64,000 bases of DNA from a virus, in the IMG/VR virus record IMGVR_UViG_3300030098_002071, positions 1 through 64,000 of that record. The stretch is one strand, 5' to 3'. Numbering within the stretch: the first letter of the stretch is position 1; the number at the start of each line of letters is the position of its first letter. The position numbers were made by a program, and so were the translations under genes. Of the stretch, positions 17,589-26,799 are shown piece after piece. Below the pieces are notes generated by a model, which was given only the letters and a program-made list of their open reading frames with translations, was not told where the DNA came from and ran no database searches.

Positions 17589-17605
17589 GAATACAGGAGG
17601 GTGTT

Positions 17606-17854
17606 ATGTCAGCAATCAAGCAGTTATTATTTTGTAGCGTATGTGATGTAGATGTAGATATAGACAGAGTAGATTTCTGTCAGAAAACTTACGGCAAAAC
17701 CTATTGCCTAGACTGTGGTGATAAGCAAGCCACAATCGCTAGAAGTAAATGGACAGTTGCTCAGGAGTATACCAAAGGTAACTATCAATTTATTACCCAA
17801 GATTCTGTGCGTAGTACCTTACGCCAGACTAACCCCAAAAACACAAGGAGATAA
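17606..17854 (+). CDS. Small C4 zinc-finger protein (DksA/TraR-like spacing)
   Basis: CSVC...CLDC; start moved to the ATG behind AGGAGG. Confidence 0.65.
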   Translation: MSAIKQLLFCSVCDVDVDIDRVDFCQKTYGKTYCLDCGDKQATIARSKWTVAQEYTKGNYQFITQDSVRSTLRQTNPKNTRR

Positions 17855-17856
17855 TC

Positions 17857-18066
17857 ATGGAGCTAGATATAAAATGTCAAACAGCTATAGAGTATCTAAA
17901 GAGTAGAGACAAGTATGTAAACGATCCTAGATGTACATTCAGTCCCAAGTCTGCCAATCAGATGCAGATGAAGGTGCATCACGTACGAGACACAATCCAA
18001 GAGTACCGCACCGCCATGCAGTTGGGTGGTGGATGCACAATGACCAGAATAGAAGGGAGTGAGTAA
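17857..18066 (+). CDS. Hypothetical protein
   Basis: AGGAG RBS, operon context. Confidence 0.6.
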   Translation: MELDIKCQTAIEYLKSRDKYVNDPRCTFSPKSANQMQMKVHHVRDTIQEYRTAMQLGGGCTMTRIEGSE

Positions 18067-18253
18067 GATGAAAATGGATGATATAAATCTTGGGGTTGCC
18101 ATAGGGCTCAACGCTACATGGACACTGGGTGGTTTCTTATTATGTGTAATGGTAGGAATAAACCCTGTGCATTATACAATTTTCATAGGATGGTTATGCG
18201 TAGGATTATTCGTACTTTATATATTAACGCCAGAGAAAAAAGAGGAGGAGTGA
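18059..18253 (+). CDS. Small two-TM membrane protein
   Basis: Hydrophobic, coupled ORF. Confidence 0.6.
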   Translation: MSKMKMDDINLGVAIGLNATWTLGGFLLCVMVGINPVHYTIFIGWLCVGLFVLYILTPEKKEEE

Positions 18254-18256
18254 GTA

Positions 18257-18442
18257 ATGAGTTATGTTATTGCAGATATTACCTTTTACAAGGTAGACGA
18301 AGATGGTAACGATATTGTAGATGCTGATGGGAAACTAATTCTATTCGAACCGAAAGGCAGGTGGAAACAGTTAGAGCATTTAACTGAGGGGTGTGATGAT
18401 TCTGATTTTCAACCAATACATAAGGAGAAGAAAGATGGTTGA
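18257..18442 (+). CDS. Small acidic hypothetical protein
   Basis: RBS, coupled ORF. Confidence 0.6.
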   Translation: MSYVIADITFYKVDEDGNDIVDADGKLILFEPKGRWKQLEHLTEGCDDSDFQPIHKEKKDG

Positions 18443-18605
18443 TCCGATTGTATGTACAGGTGTATGTCTAGTGTGTACCGCTATGGCTTACTATGTTGGC
18501 AAGGGAGTAGGGGGGAAACCCATGAGGTTTCTGTTCTACAAATTACAAGAAGAAGGTTATTTTCAAATAACTGAAGACACTAAAATCATAATTAGGAAAT
18601 CATAA
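18435..18605 (+). CDS. Small membrane-anchored protein
   Basis: Start moved to MVDPIV behind AGGAG. Confidence 0.55.
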   Translation: MVDPIVCTGVCLVCTAMAYYVGKGVGGKPMRFLFYKLQEEGYFQITEDTKIIIRKS

Positions 18606-18629
18606 TTAGGAAATCATAAGGAGAATATT

Positions 18630-19538
18630 ATGGAGCAGTACGGAGCAGACGGAGACTATGCAACATTGAAATCTAGTGGAGCATTAATATCTCTAAGTTG
18701 TAATCAATATCAGAATATGTATAGCCACATACCTTTAGGGGAAGAAGTAGCCCGTGACAAAAACGCCAAGACTAAACGAGGCATTAAAGTTAAGGTAAAT
18801 TTGTTGGCAGAGAATGACCATAAACTTAAGGCTATAGCTAAACACGTATCTCAAGTTAGGGCTAAGTCTATATATCCTTATGCTTTTCCTTGGACGGCAG
18901 GGCAGGGGGGTATGATGTATGTACCCACAGGGAATATACCTATAGTTATGCAGAAGACTTCTAGTGACGAGAATTATTTTTGGAAGTTGGTTGATGAGTT
19001 CTGTTTGGCGTATCCAAGCCTAAAAGCCAAAATGCCTGATATTTTGGAGGATTTGTATGACGAGTCTAAGTATCAGCATGTAGATGAGGTCAGAGCGTCT
19101 TTTACTTGGAATCTAAATTGGGGTGATGTAGATGCTACGAGTCATTTCTTTTTGGAGTTGGAGCAAGACAAGCTCAATGATATGCACGATAAGAAACTCA
19201 AGGCTATAAGTAAAGCTGTAGAGGATAATAGTAGGTCTATGTATAAGAAAGTGCATGACCATGTGGCGACTCTTATCCACAAAGCGACTACAACTATAGA
19301 TGAGGAGGGTAACGAAACAAAACCTAGAATACACGATACCCTTATTCCCAAGATGCGAGAGGACTGTGAGGTACTCAAACATCTAAATGTAATGAATGAC
19401 CCTACTTTGGAGGCTATGCGAGCTGACTTATTAAAGTTGGTTACAGGTACAGATGTAGAGGCATTGAGAGATTCAGCGGCAGAACGAGAAGAAATAAAAG
19501 CTAAAGCTGAAGCAATGAGAGAGAAGTTCAATTTCTAA
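18630..19538 (+). CDS. DUF3150-like helical protein
   Basis: FW.LVDEF..AYP, Y....EVR..F, L..LNV.NDP.L motifs; sits upstream of the AAA-VWA pair. Confidence 0.6.
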   Translation: MEQYGADGDYATLKSSGALISLSCNQYQNMYSHIPLGEEVARDKNAKTKRGIKVKVNLLAENDHKLKAIAKHVSQVRAKSIYPYAFPWTAGQGGMMYVPTGNIPIVMQKTSSDENYFWKLVDEFCLAYPSLKAKMPDILEDLYDESKYQHVDEVRASFTWNLNWGDVDATSHFFLELEQDKLNDMHDKKLKAISKAVEDNSRSMYKKVHDHVATLIHKATTTIDEEGNETKPRIHDTLIPKMREDCEVLKHLNVMNDPTLEAMRADLLKLVTGTDVEALRDSAAEREEIKAKAEAMREKFNF

Positions 19539-19540
19539 AC

Positions 19541-19570
19541 CGTATGACATCATAATTATGATCTCATACA
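19541..19570. promoter_or_regulatory. 30-bp palindromic site, copy 4
   Basis: CGTATGACATCATAATTATGATCTCATACA. Confidence 0.75.
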
Positions 19571-19589
19571 CAAATATAGGAGAAGTATC

Positions 19590-20693
19590 ATGGCAGATAA
19601 AGTTAATCACGCAGAAGCAGTAAACATTATTGAGGCAATGGGGCCAACTGATTGGGTTCGTTTGATCGGCCCCGTGGGTTGTGGCAAGAGTTCAATCCTT
19701 AACACATTGGCAAAACGTAACCCAGAGCATGTGCCTATACATTTAGATGTACCCACAATGGACTTTCCTGATTTCTATATGCCATCAGTGGACAAAGAGA
19801 AAGAGGAGTCTATGCTCTTTCTTAACCGTAGGTTCGGCAAAAGTGACCCACGACCTAAGATATATCTGTACGATGAGTGGGATAAAGCTATGGAGAGTGT
19901 GAAGAAGATGACCTTACAGCAACTTCTGCATCTAGACTTCAATGGGTGGACACCGCCAAAAGATACAATGCGATTCTCTACAGGTAACCTGAACAGTGAG
20001 GGAGTGGGTGACACTATCCAAGCCCATGCTATGAATCGGAATATCGAGATCGAGATAGGTAAACCTACAGTCAGTGAGTTGAAGGAATACGCATTGGACA
20101 ATAATTGGGCTCCAGAAATTATCGTGCTACTACAGGAAGTGCCAGAATGTTTGGATGACTACAGGGATATGGACGATGCACAGATTACAACGGAAGAAGA
20201 ACGTATGAAACATAATCCCTATATACATGACCCCAGAGTACATAAAGGTCAGTTTGTAAGTCCCCGATCCTTGGAAAGAGGTAGCCGTATCATTAGCAGT
20301 AAGTTGGGGGACAACACAGAGTCTATGTTTAAAGCTTGCTCTGGTAATTGGGGGTCAGCTATGACGGAGAAGTTTCGTACTATATTGCAGACTTCCAATC
20401 AATTACCCCGATGGCAGGATATAATGGATGATCCTGATACAGCTAAACTACCAGAAAGCGGTATTGCTGAGACTATCCTTGTGACTAAAGCACAGAATCA
20501 AGTGAAGAGTAGTGATGCTATGACTAAGTGGATGACATATCTTAATCGCATCGAGTCAGTGGAGACTCAATCCATGTTTGCTACCCTGATGTATCGGATG
20601 GGGGGAGAAAAGCAGAGACTTGCTATGCACAATCAGATGTTCACCAAGTGGGCACGAGACAATAGGTGGGTATTTGCCGCTGATAAACGATAG
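19590..20693 (+). CDS. MoxR/dynein-related AAA+ ATPase
   Basis: Walker A GPVGCGKS, Walker B LYDEWDK, TGN sensor, NR arginine finger, SPRS sensor II. Confidence 0.85.
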   Translation: MADKVNHAEAVNIIEAMGPTDWVRLIGPVGCGKSSILNTLAKRNPEHVPIHLDVPTMDFPDFYMPSVDKEKEESMLFLNRRFGKSDPRPKIYLYDEWDKAMESVKKMTLQQLLHLDFNGWTPPKDTMRFSTGNLNSEGVGDTIQAHAMNRNIEIEIGKPTVSELKEYALDNNWAPEIIVLLQEVPECLDDYRDMDDAQITTEEERMKHNPYIHDPRVHKGQFVSPRSLERGSRIISSKLGDNTESMFKACSGNWGSAMTEKFRTILQTSNQLPRWQDIMDDPDTAKLPESGIAETILVTKAQNQVKSSDAMTKWMTYLNRIESVETQSMFATLMYRMGGEKQRLAMHNQMFTKWARDNRWVFAADKR

Positions 20694-20701
20694 GAGGATA
20701 C

Positions 20702-21841
20702 ATGAAACTAACAGTAAAACAACGGCTAGTGAAGAATCATGTGGCTCTAAGGAATAATCAACATACAGTTTTGTACAGTGAGATTATTCGATTGGGTAAA
20801 GCTACAGTGTGTAAAGATACACCTACAGCGTACACTGATGGGTTGAATGTAGTTTATGGGCATGATTTTTGTGACCAACTGACAGACTCTGATTTTAGAG
20901 GTGTGATACTGCATGAGAATCTACACAAAGCATTTGAGCATTTAGTAGTGTGGAGACATCTATCTAAGATCAACCACAGGAAAGCCAATATGTGTGCAGA
21001 TTATGTCATAAACTGGATTATTGTTGATTTGGAGAAATTGACTAATGGGTTTGTGACTTTACCTGAATGTGCGTTGTATGATCCCAAGTACAAAAATTGG
21101 AGTGTCCAGAGAGTGTGGAACGATCTACCCGATGACCCAGAGGGTGACTCTATGGACGACCATGATTGGGAAGGGGCTAAAGAACTATCTGAGGAAGAGC
21201 AGAAGAAGCAGTCTGAGAGTATAAAAGAAGCTCTAAGGCAAGGTCAGTTGATTGCGGGCAAGATGGGGGGAAATATACCTAGAGGTATAGGTGAACTCAC
21301 AACCCCCAAGGTTGAGTGGAGTAAAGTAGCACTACAGAAGTTGGCATCTGATGTTAAGGGACATGATAGTCAGTCTTGGAGAAGATTCCAACGTAGGTTT
21401 GTACATCAAGAACTCTACTTCCCTGAGCACGTAGGTAACTCTGTGGGGGAGTTGGTGGTAGCTGTAGACTCGTCTGGCAGTATGGGACAGAAAGAATTAC
21501 GCCATGCACTATCAGATGTATATGTAATGATGCAAACATTGAATCCCCGGAAGGTGCATCTATTGTATTGGGATGCTAGTGTAGATGCACATGAAAGGTA
21601 TGAACCGTCTACCTATGCGTCACTACCAAAATCTACTAGACCGATAGGGGGTGGTGGTACAGACCCCCAATGTGTAGTGGACTACATGAAGAAGCATAAG
21701 ATGAAACCGTCAGCAACTATGGTGTTTACTGATGGCTACGTTAATTCATGGGGTAAAGGTTGGACTGTCGACCCCCTGTGGATAATTATACCTAATGGCA
21801 GTAAACAAAAACCCAATGTGGGTACAACTATTTATATGTAA
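20702..21841 (+). CDS. DUF2201-type metallopeptidase plus VWA-like protein
   Basis: TAYTDG, LHENLH zincin motif, N...DYVIN, MIDAS DSSGS, GGGGTD, FTDG. Confidence 0.85.
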   Translation: MKLTVKQRLVKNHVALRNNQHTVLYSEIIRLGKATVCKDTPTAYTDGLNVVYGHDFCDQLTDSDFRGVILHENLHKAFEHLVVWRHLSKINHRKANMCADYVINWIIVDLEKLTNGFVTLPECALYDPKYKNWSVQRVWNDLPDDPEGDSMDDHDWEGAKELSEEEQKKQSESIKEALRQGQLIAGKMGGNIPRGIGELTTPKVEWSKVALQKLASDVKGHDSQSWRRFQRRFVHQELYFPEHVGNSVGELVVAVDSSGSMGQKELRHALSDVYVMMQTLNPRKVHLLYWDASVDAHERYEPSTYASLPKSTRPIGGGGTDPQCVVDYMKKHKMKPSATMVFTDGYVNSWGKGWTVDPLWIIIPNGSKQKPNVGTTIYM

Positions 21842-21853
21842 AGGAGGTAAGTG

Positions 21854-22021
21854 ATGGAGTTTGACAGTGACGACTTAGATGATTTTTGCGATCAGCAATT
21901 TGGGCATACAGATTGGTCGTTCTACGACATGATGACGGAGGAAGAAATAAAGAAGCAAAAGAAAAATATGTATGTGATTGCTCTTTTTATAAAACCCAGA
22001 GAAGGAGGCAAAAATGAATGA
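21854..22021 (+). CDS. Small acidic protein, 55 aa (not in the ORF track)
   Basis: AGGAGGT RBS; MEFDSDDLDDFCDQQFGHTDW... Confidence 0.6.
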   Translation: MEFDSDDLDDFCDQQFGHTDWSFYDMMTEEEIKKQKKNMYVIALFIKPREGGKNE

Positions 22022-22226
22022 TACAGAGATCTTAAAAAAAGTTGAGGAATGGCTGATAGAAGAGGTATATGAGGGTGCAGAAATTGTTGAAGCCAAAGAT
22101 AACAAGGAGGAGGCCGTCACTTCAGATGGCACTGATGACATCATATATGGTCGAGCCGAATGTGCAGAAGGTCTTTTAAAACAAATGGCAAAGTGGAAAG
22201 GGGAGGGGGTGAAGAATGAAAATTGA
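22014..22226 (+). CDS. Small acidic protein
   Basis: RBS, coupled ORF. Confidence 0.65.
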   Translation: MNDTEILKKVEEWLIEEVYEGAEIVEAKDNKEEAVTSDGTDDIIYGRAECAEGLLKQMAKWKGEGVKNEN

Positions 22227-22404
22227 TTTTACGACAGATGTTTTTGGCGAGCATTGTGACGTTCAGGCAGAAGTCTTTAACAATAAAATTTCATACATTA
22301 AGTTGGATGGCGATAATTATGTGCACGATTTTGATACCCTGCCAAAATTTTTAATCGATGCTATTTATCAACGGGCAAAAGAGGAGGGGGTGAGTGATGA
22401 GTAA
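22216..22404 (+). CDS. Small hypothetical protein
   Basis: Coupled ORF. Confidence 0.6.
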   Translation: MKIDFTTDVFGEHCDVQAEVFNNKISYIKLDGDNYVHDFDTLPKFLIDAIYQRAKEEGVSDE

Positions 22405-22630
22405 AACTTTTTTAACCAAGAAACAAAAAGCAACTCTAGAAAAATCGGGGTGGGAAATTCCTCCCACTAAGGAGGGAGTCATTTGGTTTGGACAGGATTG
22501 GGACAGTAGAAAAAACTCTTTGGTATCAATTAGCAACGAGCATCCTGATTTATTAGATGCATCAGATGAGAGCATTGTTGGATATGATTTTTTGGTGGTA
22601 GGTATTAGACCTAACAAAGGGGGTGAGTGA
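22394..22630 (+). CDS. Small hypothetical protein
   Basis: Coupled ORF. Confidence 0.6.
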   Translation: MMSKTFLTKKQKATLEKSGWEIPPTKEGVIWFGQDWDSRKNSLVSISNEHPDLLDASDESIVGYDFLVVGIRPNKGGE

Positions 22631-22869
22631 TGCCCAAGTACAAAGTGAGTTTTGAATACGAGGCAGAGGTGGAAGCAGACAATGAAGAGGATGCCATCTT
22701 CAATTGTTCTACTCTCATATGTGAATACATGGGGGATAACGCAATAGTAGAGGAGATAGAGGAGGGTAAGACTTGGGTAACTGAGGAGGAGTTGCGACAG
22801 CTTTGTTTGAAAGAGACAGAGCAGTTCGTAAAAGAATCAACAAATAAAAAGGAGAATAAAAATGACTAA
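22627..22869 (+). CDS. Small acidic protein (VEA..EE.A motif)
   Basis: KYKV...EVEADNEEDAI; similar to the next ORF. Confidence 0.6.
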   Translation: MMPKYKVSFEYEAEVEADNEEDAIFNCSTLICEYMGDNAIVEEIEEGKTWVTEEELRQLCLKETEQFVKESTNKKENKND

Positions 22870-23047
22870 AAGAAAATTTAGGGTGGATGCAGTGCTTGAT
22901 GTAGGTTATTCACTCATTGTTGAGGCAAGAGATGAGGACGAGGCTTATGAGATTGCCAAAGAAAGGCCGGAGGATTTCCGAAAAGCTGACGATGGGCATG
23001 AATGGACGGTGGACAGCAATGTCATTGAATTGGAGGGAGATGAGTGA
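22862..23047 (+). CDS. Small acidic protein (VEA..E.EA motif)
   Basis: KFRV...IVEARDEDEAYEIA. Confidence 0.6.
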   Translation: MTKRKFRVDAVLDVGYSLIVEARDEDEAYEIAKERPEDFRKADDGHEWTVDSNVIELEGDE

Positions 23048-23424
23048 TGTCTGATAGAAAAGCATACTTTAAAAAATATCGTGAGAAAAATAAAGAAAAG
23101 ATAAAAGCATACTTTAAAAAATATCGTGAGAAAAATAAAGAAAGGATAAAAGCACAACGTACAAAATATCGTGAGGAGAATAGAGAAAAGAGACACGCAT
23201 ACTCTAAAAAATATCGTGAGGAGAATAAAGAGAAAGAAATAGCACGACATAAAAAATATCGTGAGGAGAATAGAGAAGAGTTTAGAGATAGGACGAATAG
23301 AAGTAATTTTAAAAGAAGATCTCTTATACCAAGAAAGGAGATTCCAAAAGAGTTAGTAGAAGCACATGTAACATTAGTTAAAATTAAACGATTTCTTAAA
23401 AACCAACAGGAGATAACATCATGA
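23044..23424 (+). CDS. Basic protein with 15-aa KKYRE(K/E)N repeats
   Basis: Five 45-bp units. Confidence 0.7.
   Translation: MMSDRKAYFKKYREKNKEKIKAYFKKYREKNKERIKAQRTKYREENREKRHAYSKKYREENKEKEIARHKKYREENREEFRDRTNRSNFKRRSLIPRKEIPKELVEAHVTLVKIKRFLKNQQEITS
23059..23278 (+). repeat. 45-bp coding tandem repeat, about 5 copies
   Basis: AAAATATCGTGAG recurs every 45 bp. Confidence 0.9.
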
Positions 23425-23642
23425 GTAAACCTACAAAATTCTCAAGTAGATCAGGAATAGACACGTTAACGGACGATTTACTTGATCTATATAAATGTGC
23501 TGTAGCAGGTACTATGAAACGAGCAGATGTAGATACTGCCGCAAATGTAGCAGGTAAAGCTATTAATGCTTTTAAGGCAAACTATGAGTATAAGAATCTT
23601 AGGAAAAATAGAAATATTGATCCAGTTAATTTTGGTGAATAA
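23421..23642 (+). CDS. Small helical hypothetical protein
   Basis: AGGAG RBS, coupled to the repeat protein. Confidence 0.65.
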   Translation: MSKPTKFSSRSGIDTLTDDLLDLYKCAVAGTMKRADVDTAANVAGKAINAFKANYEYKNLRKNRNIDPVNFGE

Positions 23643-23651
23643 CAAAGGAGC

Positions 23652-23681
23652 CGTAGGAAGTCATAATTATGACTTCCTACA
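23652..23681. promoter_or_regulatory. 30-bp palindromic site, copy 5 (perfect 28-bp palindrome)
   Basis: CGTAGGAAGTCATAATTATGACTTCCTACA. Confidence 0.8.
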
Positions 23682-23690
23682 GAGAACAAT

Positions 23691-23846
23691 ATGAGTTGGA
23701 TAGTAAAAGTTAAATTTGAAGTAGATGAGGTTGAGAACGCAGATGTATTCACAGAGTTACTCTCTAATCTGGGTGATGGCATTCTTAACGGTGATAACCT
23801 TATAAGTTTTTCAATTAAAGAAAACCCTGAGTGGAAAGGAGAATAA
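23691..23846 (+). CDS. Small acidic protein, 51 aa (not in the ORF track)
   Basis: MSWIVKVKFEVDEVENADVF...; fills the gap. Confidence 0.5.
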   Translation: MSWIVKVKFEVDEVENADVFTELLSNLGDGILNGDNLISFSIKENPEWKGE

Positions 23847-23848
23847 GC

Positions 23849-24118
23849 ATGAGTGATATAGAAGAAGGTTTGTTTTCGGTTCGGCACGTAGAAGTTAATC
23901 CGGTTAAGCGTGTAGGTGTACGTGATAACGATCTATTAGGAACCTCTACAGAAATAGAGGTAAGCATAGGCGAAGCTACATGGATACTAAATTTATTCGG
24001 TAATAGTGATCCGTATACTTTGATTAAGTTATTAGAAGATGGTGGGGTTGCTAATGTGAGTATAAAGAGACGGCTAGGTGATGAGAAAGATAATACAAAA
24101 TTAAAATCCGTAAAATAA
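23849..24118 (+). CDS. Hypothetical protein
   Basis: Start moved to MSDIEE behind AAGGAG. Confidence 0.6.
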   Translation: MSDIEEGLFSVRHVEVNPVKRVGVRDNDLLGTSTEIEVSIGEATWILNLFGNSDPYTLIKLLEDGGVANVSIKRRLGDEKDNTKLKSVK

Positions 24119-24140
24119 ATTTTAAATAAGGAGAGTAATC

Positions 24141-25082
24141 ATGGCACGAGAAGAAAGAGAATTTGTATATATGTGTAACTTAGAGGATATAGACAAACAA
24201 GGGGATACGGTAAGAGATGGTATGAGGGATTTAGCACGAGAAGTTATATGTCGTTTCCCTAACTTATGTTTATCTTTTACTAAAAGAGGCAGGGTTTGGG
24301 CAGGTGATGACAAAGTAACTTATTCATCTACGAATCAATTTAATATTGCAGATAAGCGTGATCCATATACATCACTAGCTAAAATGAGTAATCAAGGGAA
24401 AAGATATATAGATTCTAGTAGTTCTAATAAGCCGTATTATGGTATCAGTCATAAAGACATTAGACTAAAAAATAATGAAAAGAAATCTACAAATATTAAA
24501 GCAATTATAAAAGTGTTAAAGAACTTAAAAGTGCATGAACAGTTTACAGAAAGTTACACTGTTAAAGGACACGTAAGATTTGTGTCTAAATTGAACGACT
24601 ATAAAAGAGTAATGCATAGTAGCCTAAACGGAAATGACTATTACAAAACCCAAATAAATATAAAAGAAATACATAACATGGTACAACATGGGTATAAACC
24701 TGTAACTGGAACATTTAAAGAAGCTTTTGAAAGGTACTATACACATTACGAAAACAATGAAAAAGCTAGAGCGTGGAGTCCTGCAATTTATCATGTCTTT
24801 AAAAATGTAGTTACAGATAGATACACGGTTACAAGGGCTACTCTAAAAACAGGTGCTGATAGTATAAAATTATTTCTAAACCTACAGAATCCAGAAATAA
24901 TATGTGAAAGGGTTACTGAGAAAGACGTACCAGAAATTATCTCTGATCGGATGGCGGTTATGGATATGGGTATGGATATGGATATAGGTAACGACTTAGC
25001 TAGAGTAACTGAAAGTAAGTATTTCGAGGGTACAGGCATGAAGGAAAAGCCAAATAGATGGTGGGTTATCCTCGATGAGTAG
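24141..25082 (+). CDS. Hypothetical protein
   Basis: 313-aa ORF with AGGAG RBS. Confidence 0.75.
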   Translation: MAREEREFVYMCNLEDIDKQGDTVRDGMRDLAREVICRFPNLCLSFTKRGRVWAGDDKVTYSSTNQFNIADKRDPYTSLAKMSNQGKRYIDSSSSNKPYYGISHKDIRLKNNEKKSTNIKAIIKVLKNLKVHEQFTESYTVKGHVRFVSKLNDYKRVMHSSLNGNDYYKTQINIKEIHNMVQHGYKPVTGTFKEAFERYYTHYENNEKARAWSPAIYHVFKNVVTDRYTVTRATLKTGADSIKLFLNLQNPEIICERVTEKDVPEIISDRMAVMDMGMDMDIGNDLARVTESKYFEGTGMKEKPNRWWVILDE

Positions 25083-25320
25083 GGCTATGGGTTTAGGTTA
25101 TAAACCAATAAGGTTAGAGGTTAAGCCTGATGGTATTGAATTCTGGGACTATACGGGCGTAACAGGAAGACAAGGGAGAGAACTTATACAGGAGGAAGAT
25201 TTACCTGAAGAAGTTATGCGTAAGTATTCACTACTTGCTATAGCTGAAGTAGGTACTGAAGTATACGGAATCGGTTCAAGAGATACCGAAACTATTTATC
25301 ACATATCAATAAATATATAG
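25075..25320 (+). CDS. Hypothetical protein
   Basis: Coupled; EDLPEEV..K..LL...E..G.G resembles the C-terminus of the preceding ORF. Confidence 0.65.
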   Translation: MSRAMGLGYKPIRLEVKPDGIEFWDYTGVTGRQGRELIQEEDLPEEVMRKYSLLAIAEVGTEVYGIGSRDTETIYHISINI

Positions 25321-25329
25321 GAGAATATC

Positions 25330-26382
25330 ATGGCGTTTGGACAAATAAATTTTAGTCATTATCCAGTATTAAATAAATATATAGATGCAGTGGAACGATA
25401 TGAATCCACAAAACCTATAACCAGAGGGAAATACAAAGGCTTAGTACCTCTTGCTAGGCGAGCAGATGTATTTCAGTTTATGCAGAAAGATGAACACACA
25501 GGAGATGTTAACATCTATCTCGAAACTCCTCCTATGGCACACGCTATAAAATGTTTTGCAGGGGTAAATCAACCTGTACTATCTTTCCGAAGGGATGGGG
25601 GTTTAAAAATAGGCTTTCGTATTCTACATGGTGAACCTGATCTCAATAATAAGGTATGCCATATGGTGCAATACATATTGGGGAATAGTCTGTATATAGG
25701 GTGGACATGGGGCATGCAACCTGTAGTGCATCATCGTCATCTAGTTACAAATACTGATATTAAATATCATGCTTATTTTGCACCTAATGATGGGACGAGG
25801 TGGCATTTTGATGGTGACAGAGAATGTTTAAATGCAGGTACAGGTCTAAATTGGGTTGTTAATAATGATAAGAAACGTGTAATAACACAACAATATCGTG
25901 GGTTGTTTGACTACATAAAAACATCCACTGCGTTGATGCAACTTAAAGATAGGAACAGGTGGGGGGAAACTGTAGTGGATGAATATCGTATAGACAAAGT
26001 TTTATCTATGCACGAAGATATAATCCCTGCATTAGCAAATCCTGAGGCTTTTGATCTACATTCCCAATTTGTAACTAGTGCGTTAGAATCTTGGGATCAA
26101 ATGGGATTTGTAAGTAAACGACCTAAAGTAATAGCCGCTATGCTACGGAATGTTATATACAAATATTATGCTCGTTTTATTGTAGAGGAAATTAAGATTG
26201 ACCAGAGAGCAGATGGTTCGTCTGATCAAGGGCAATTTCCTAGGAGAACTAATGATAAATACAGAGGGTGGTACGAATCACGGTCGAGAAAGATAAACGG
26301 GCTAAAAGCACTAAACAAATATATTACCGATAATAATCTACCGATGCCTTTGATTAACTCCGGTTATGAGGATTGTATATAA
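25330..26382 (+). CDS. Hypothetical protein with a primase-like C-terminal peptide
   Basis: 350-aa ORF with RBS; ALNKYITDNNLPMPLI near the end. Confidence 0.75.
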   Translation: MAFGQINFSHYPVLNKYIDAVERYESTKPITRGKYKGLVPLARRADVFQFMQKDEHTGDVNIYLETPPMAHAIKCFAGVNQPVLSFRRDGGLKIGFRILHGEPDLNNKVCHMVQYILGNSLYIGWTWGMQPVVHHRHLVTNTDIKYHAYFAPNDGTRWHFDGDRECLNAGTGLNWVVNNDKKRVITQQYRGLFDYIKTSTALMQLKDRNRWGETVVDEYRIDKVLSMHEDIIPALANPEAFDLHSQFVTSALESWDQMGFVSKRPKVIAAMLRNVIYKYYARFIVEEIKIDQRADGSSDQGQFPRRTNDKYRGWYESRSRKINGLKALNKYITDNNLPMPLINSGYEDCI

Positions 26383-26561
26383 TGAGTTTAGATAGAGATA
26401 TATTAGTAGGTATCCTCGACATTATATATGAAGAGTTACCTTCTGAAAGAGATAAAGAAGTTTTCTCTGAGGCGGTAAAAAATGCTCATACAGAGATAGC
26501 TACATTATTAACTATGTTAGCCGATATGGACAAAAAGGGGGACAATCGTGTTTTACACTAA
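26373..26561 (+). CDS. Small hypothetical protein
   Basis: Coupled ORF; likely start MSLDRD. Confidence 0.55.
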   Translation: MYIMSLDRDILVGILDIIYEELPSERDKEVFSEAVKNAHTEIATLLTMLADMDKKGDNRVLH

Positions 26562-26799
26562 ATTAAATCATTTCGCTTTTTGGCTATGGGTTTGTTTATT
26601 TGTTGCTATGGCATGTACGCCCCTATTAGTAGAGATAGTTAAGAGTATATTAGAAGTTGTATGAAACCGTTTTATGAAGAAGAAGTATTTATAACGGGGG
26701 AGGCATCTAAGGATTCCTCTCACCGTTGTAAAAGAATACACAAACTAGTAAATTTAAATTATCAAAGACTTGAAATGGCTCTAAGTGGATGGGTTATAG

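Noticed and set aside
14987-17600. tRNA or other stable RNA genes in the intergenic tracts
   Set aside because: No cloverleaf or T-loop consensus recognised by eye; tRNAscan-SE and Infernal were not run.
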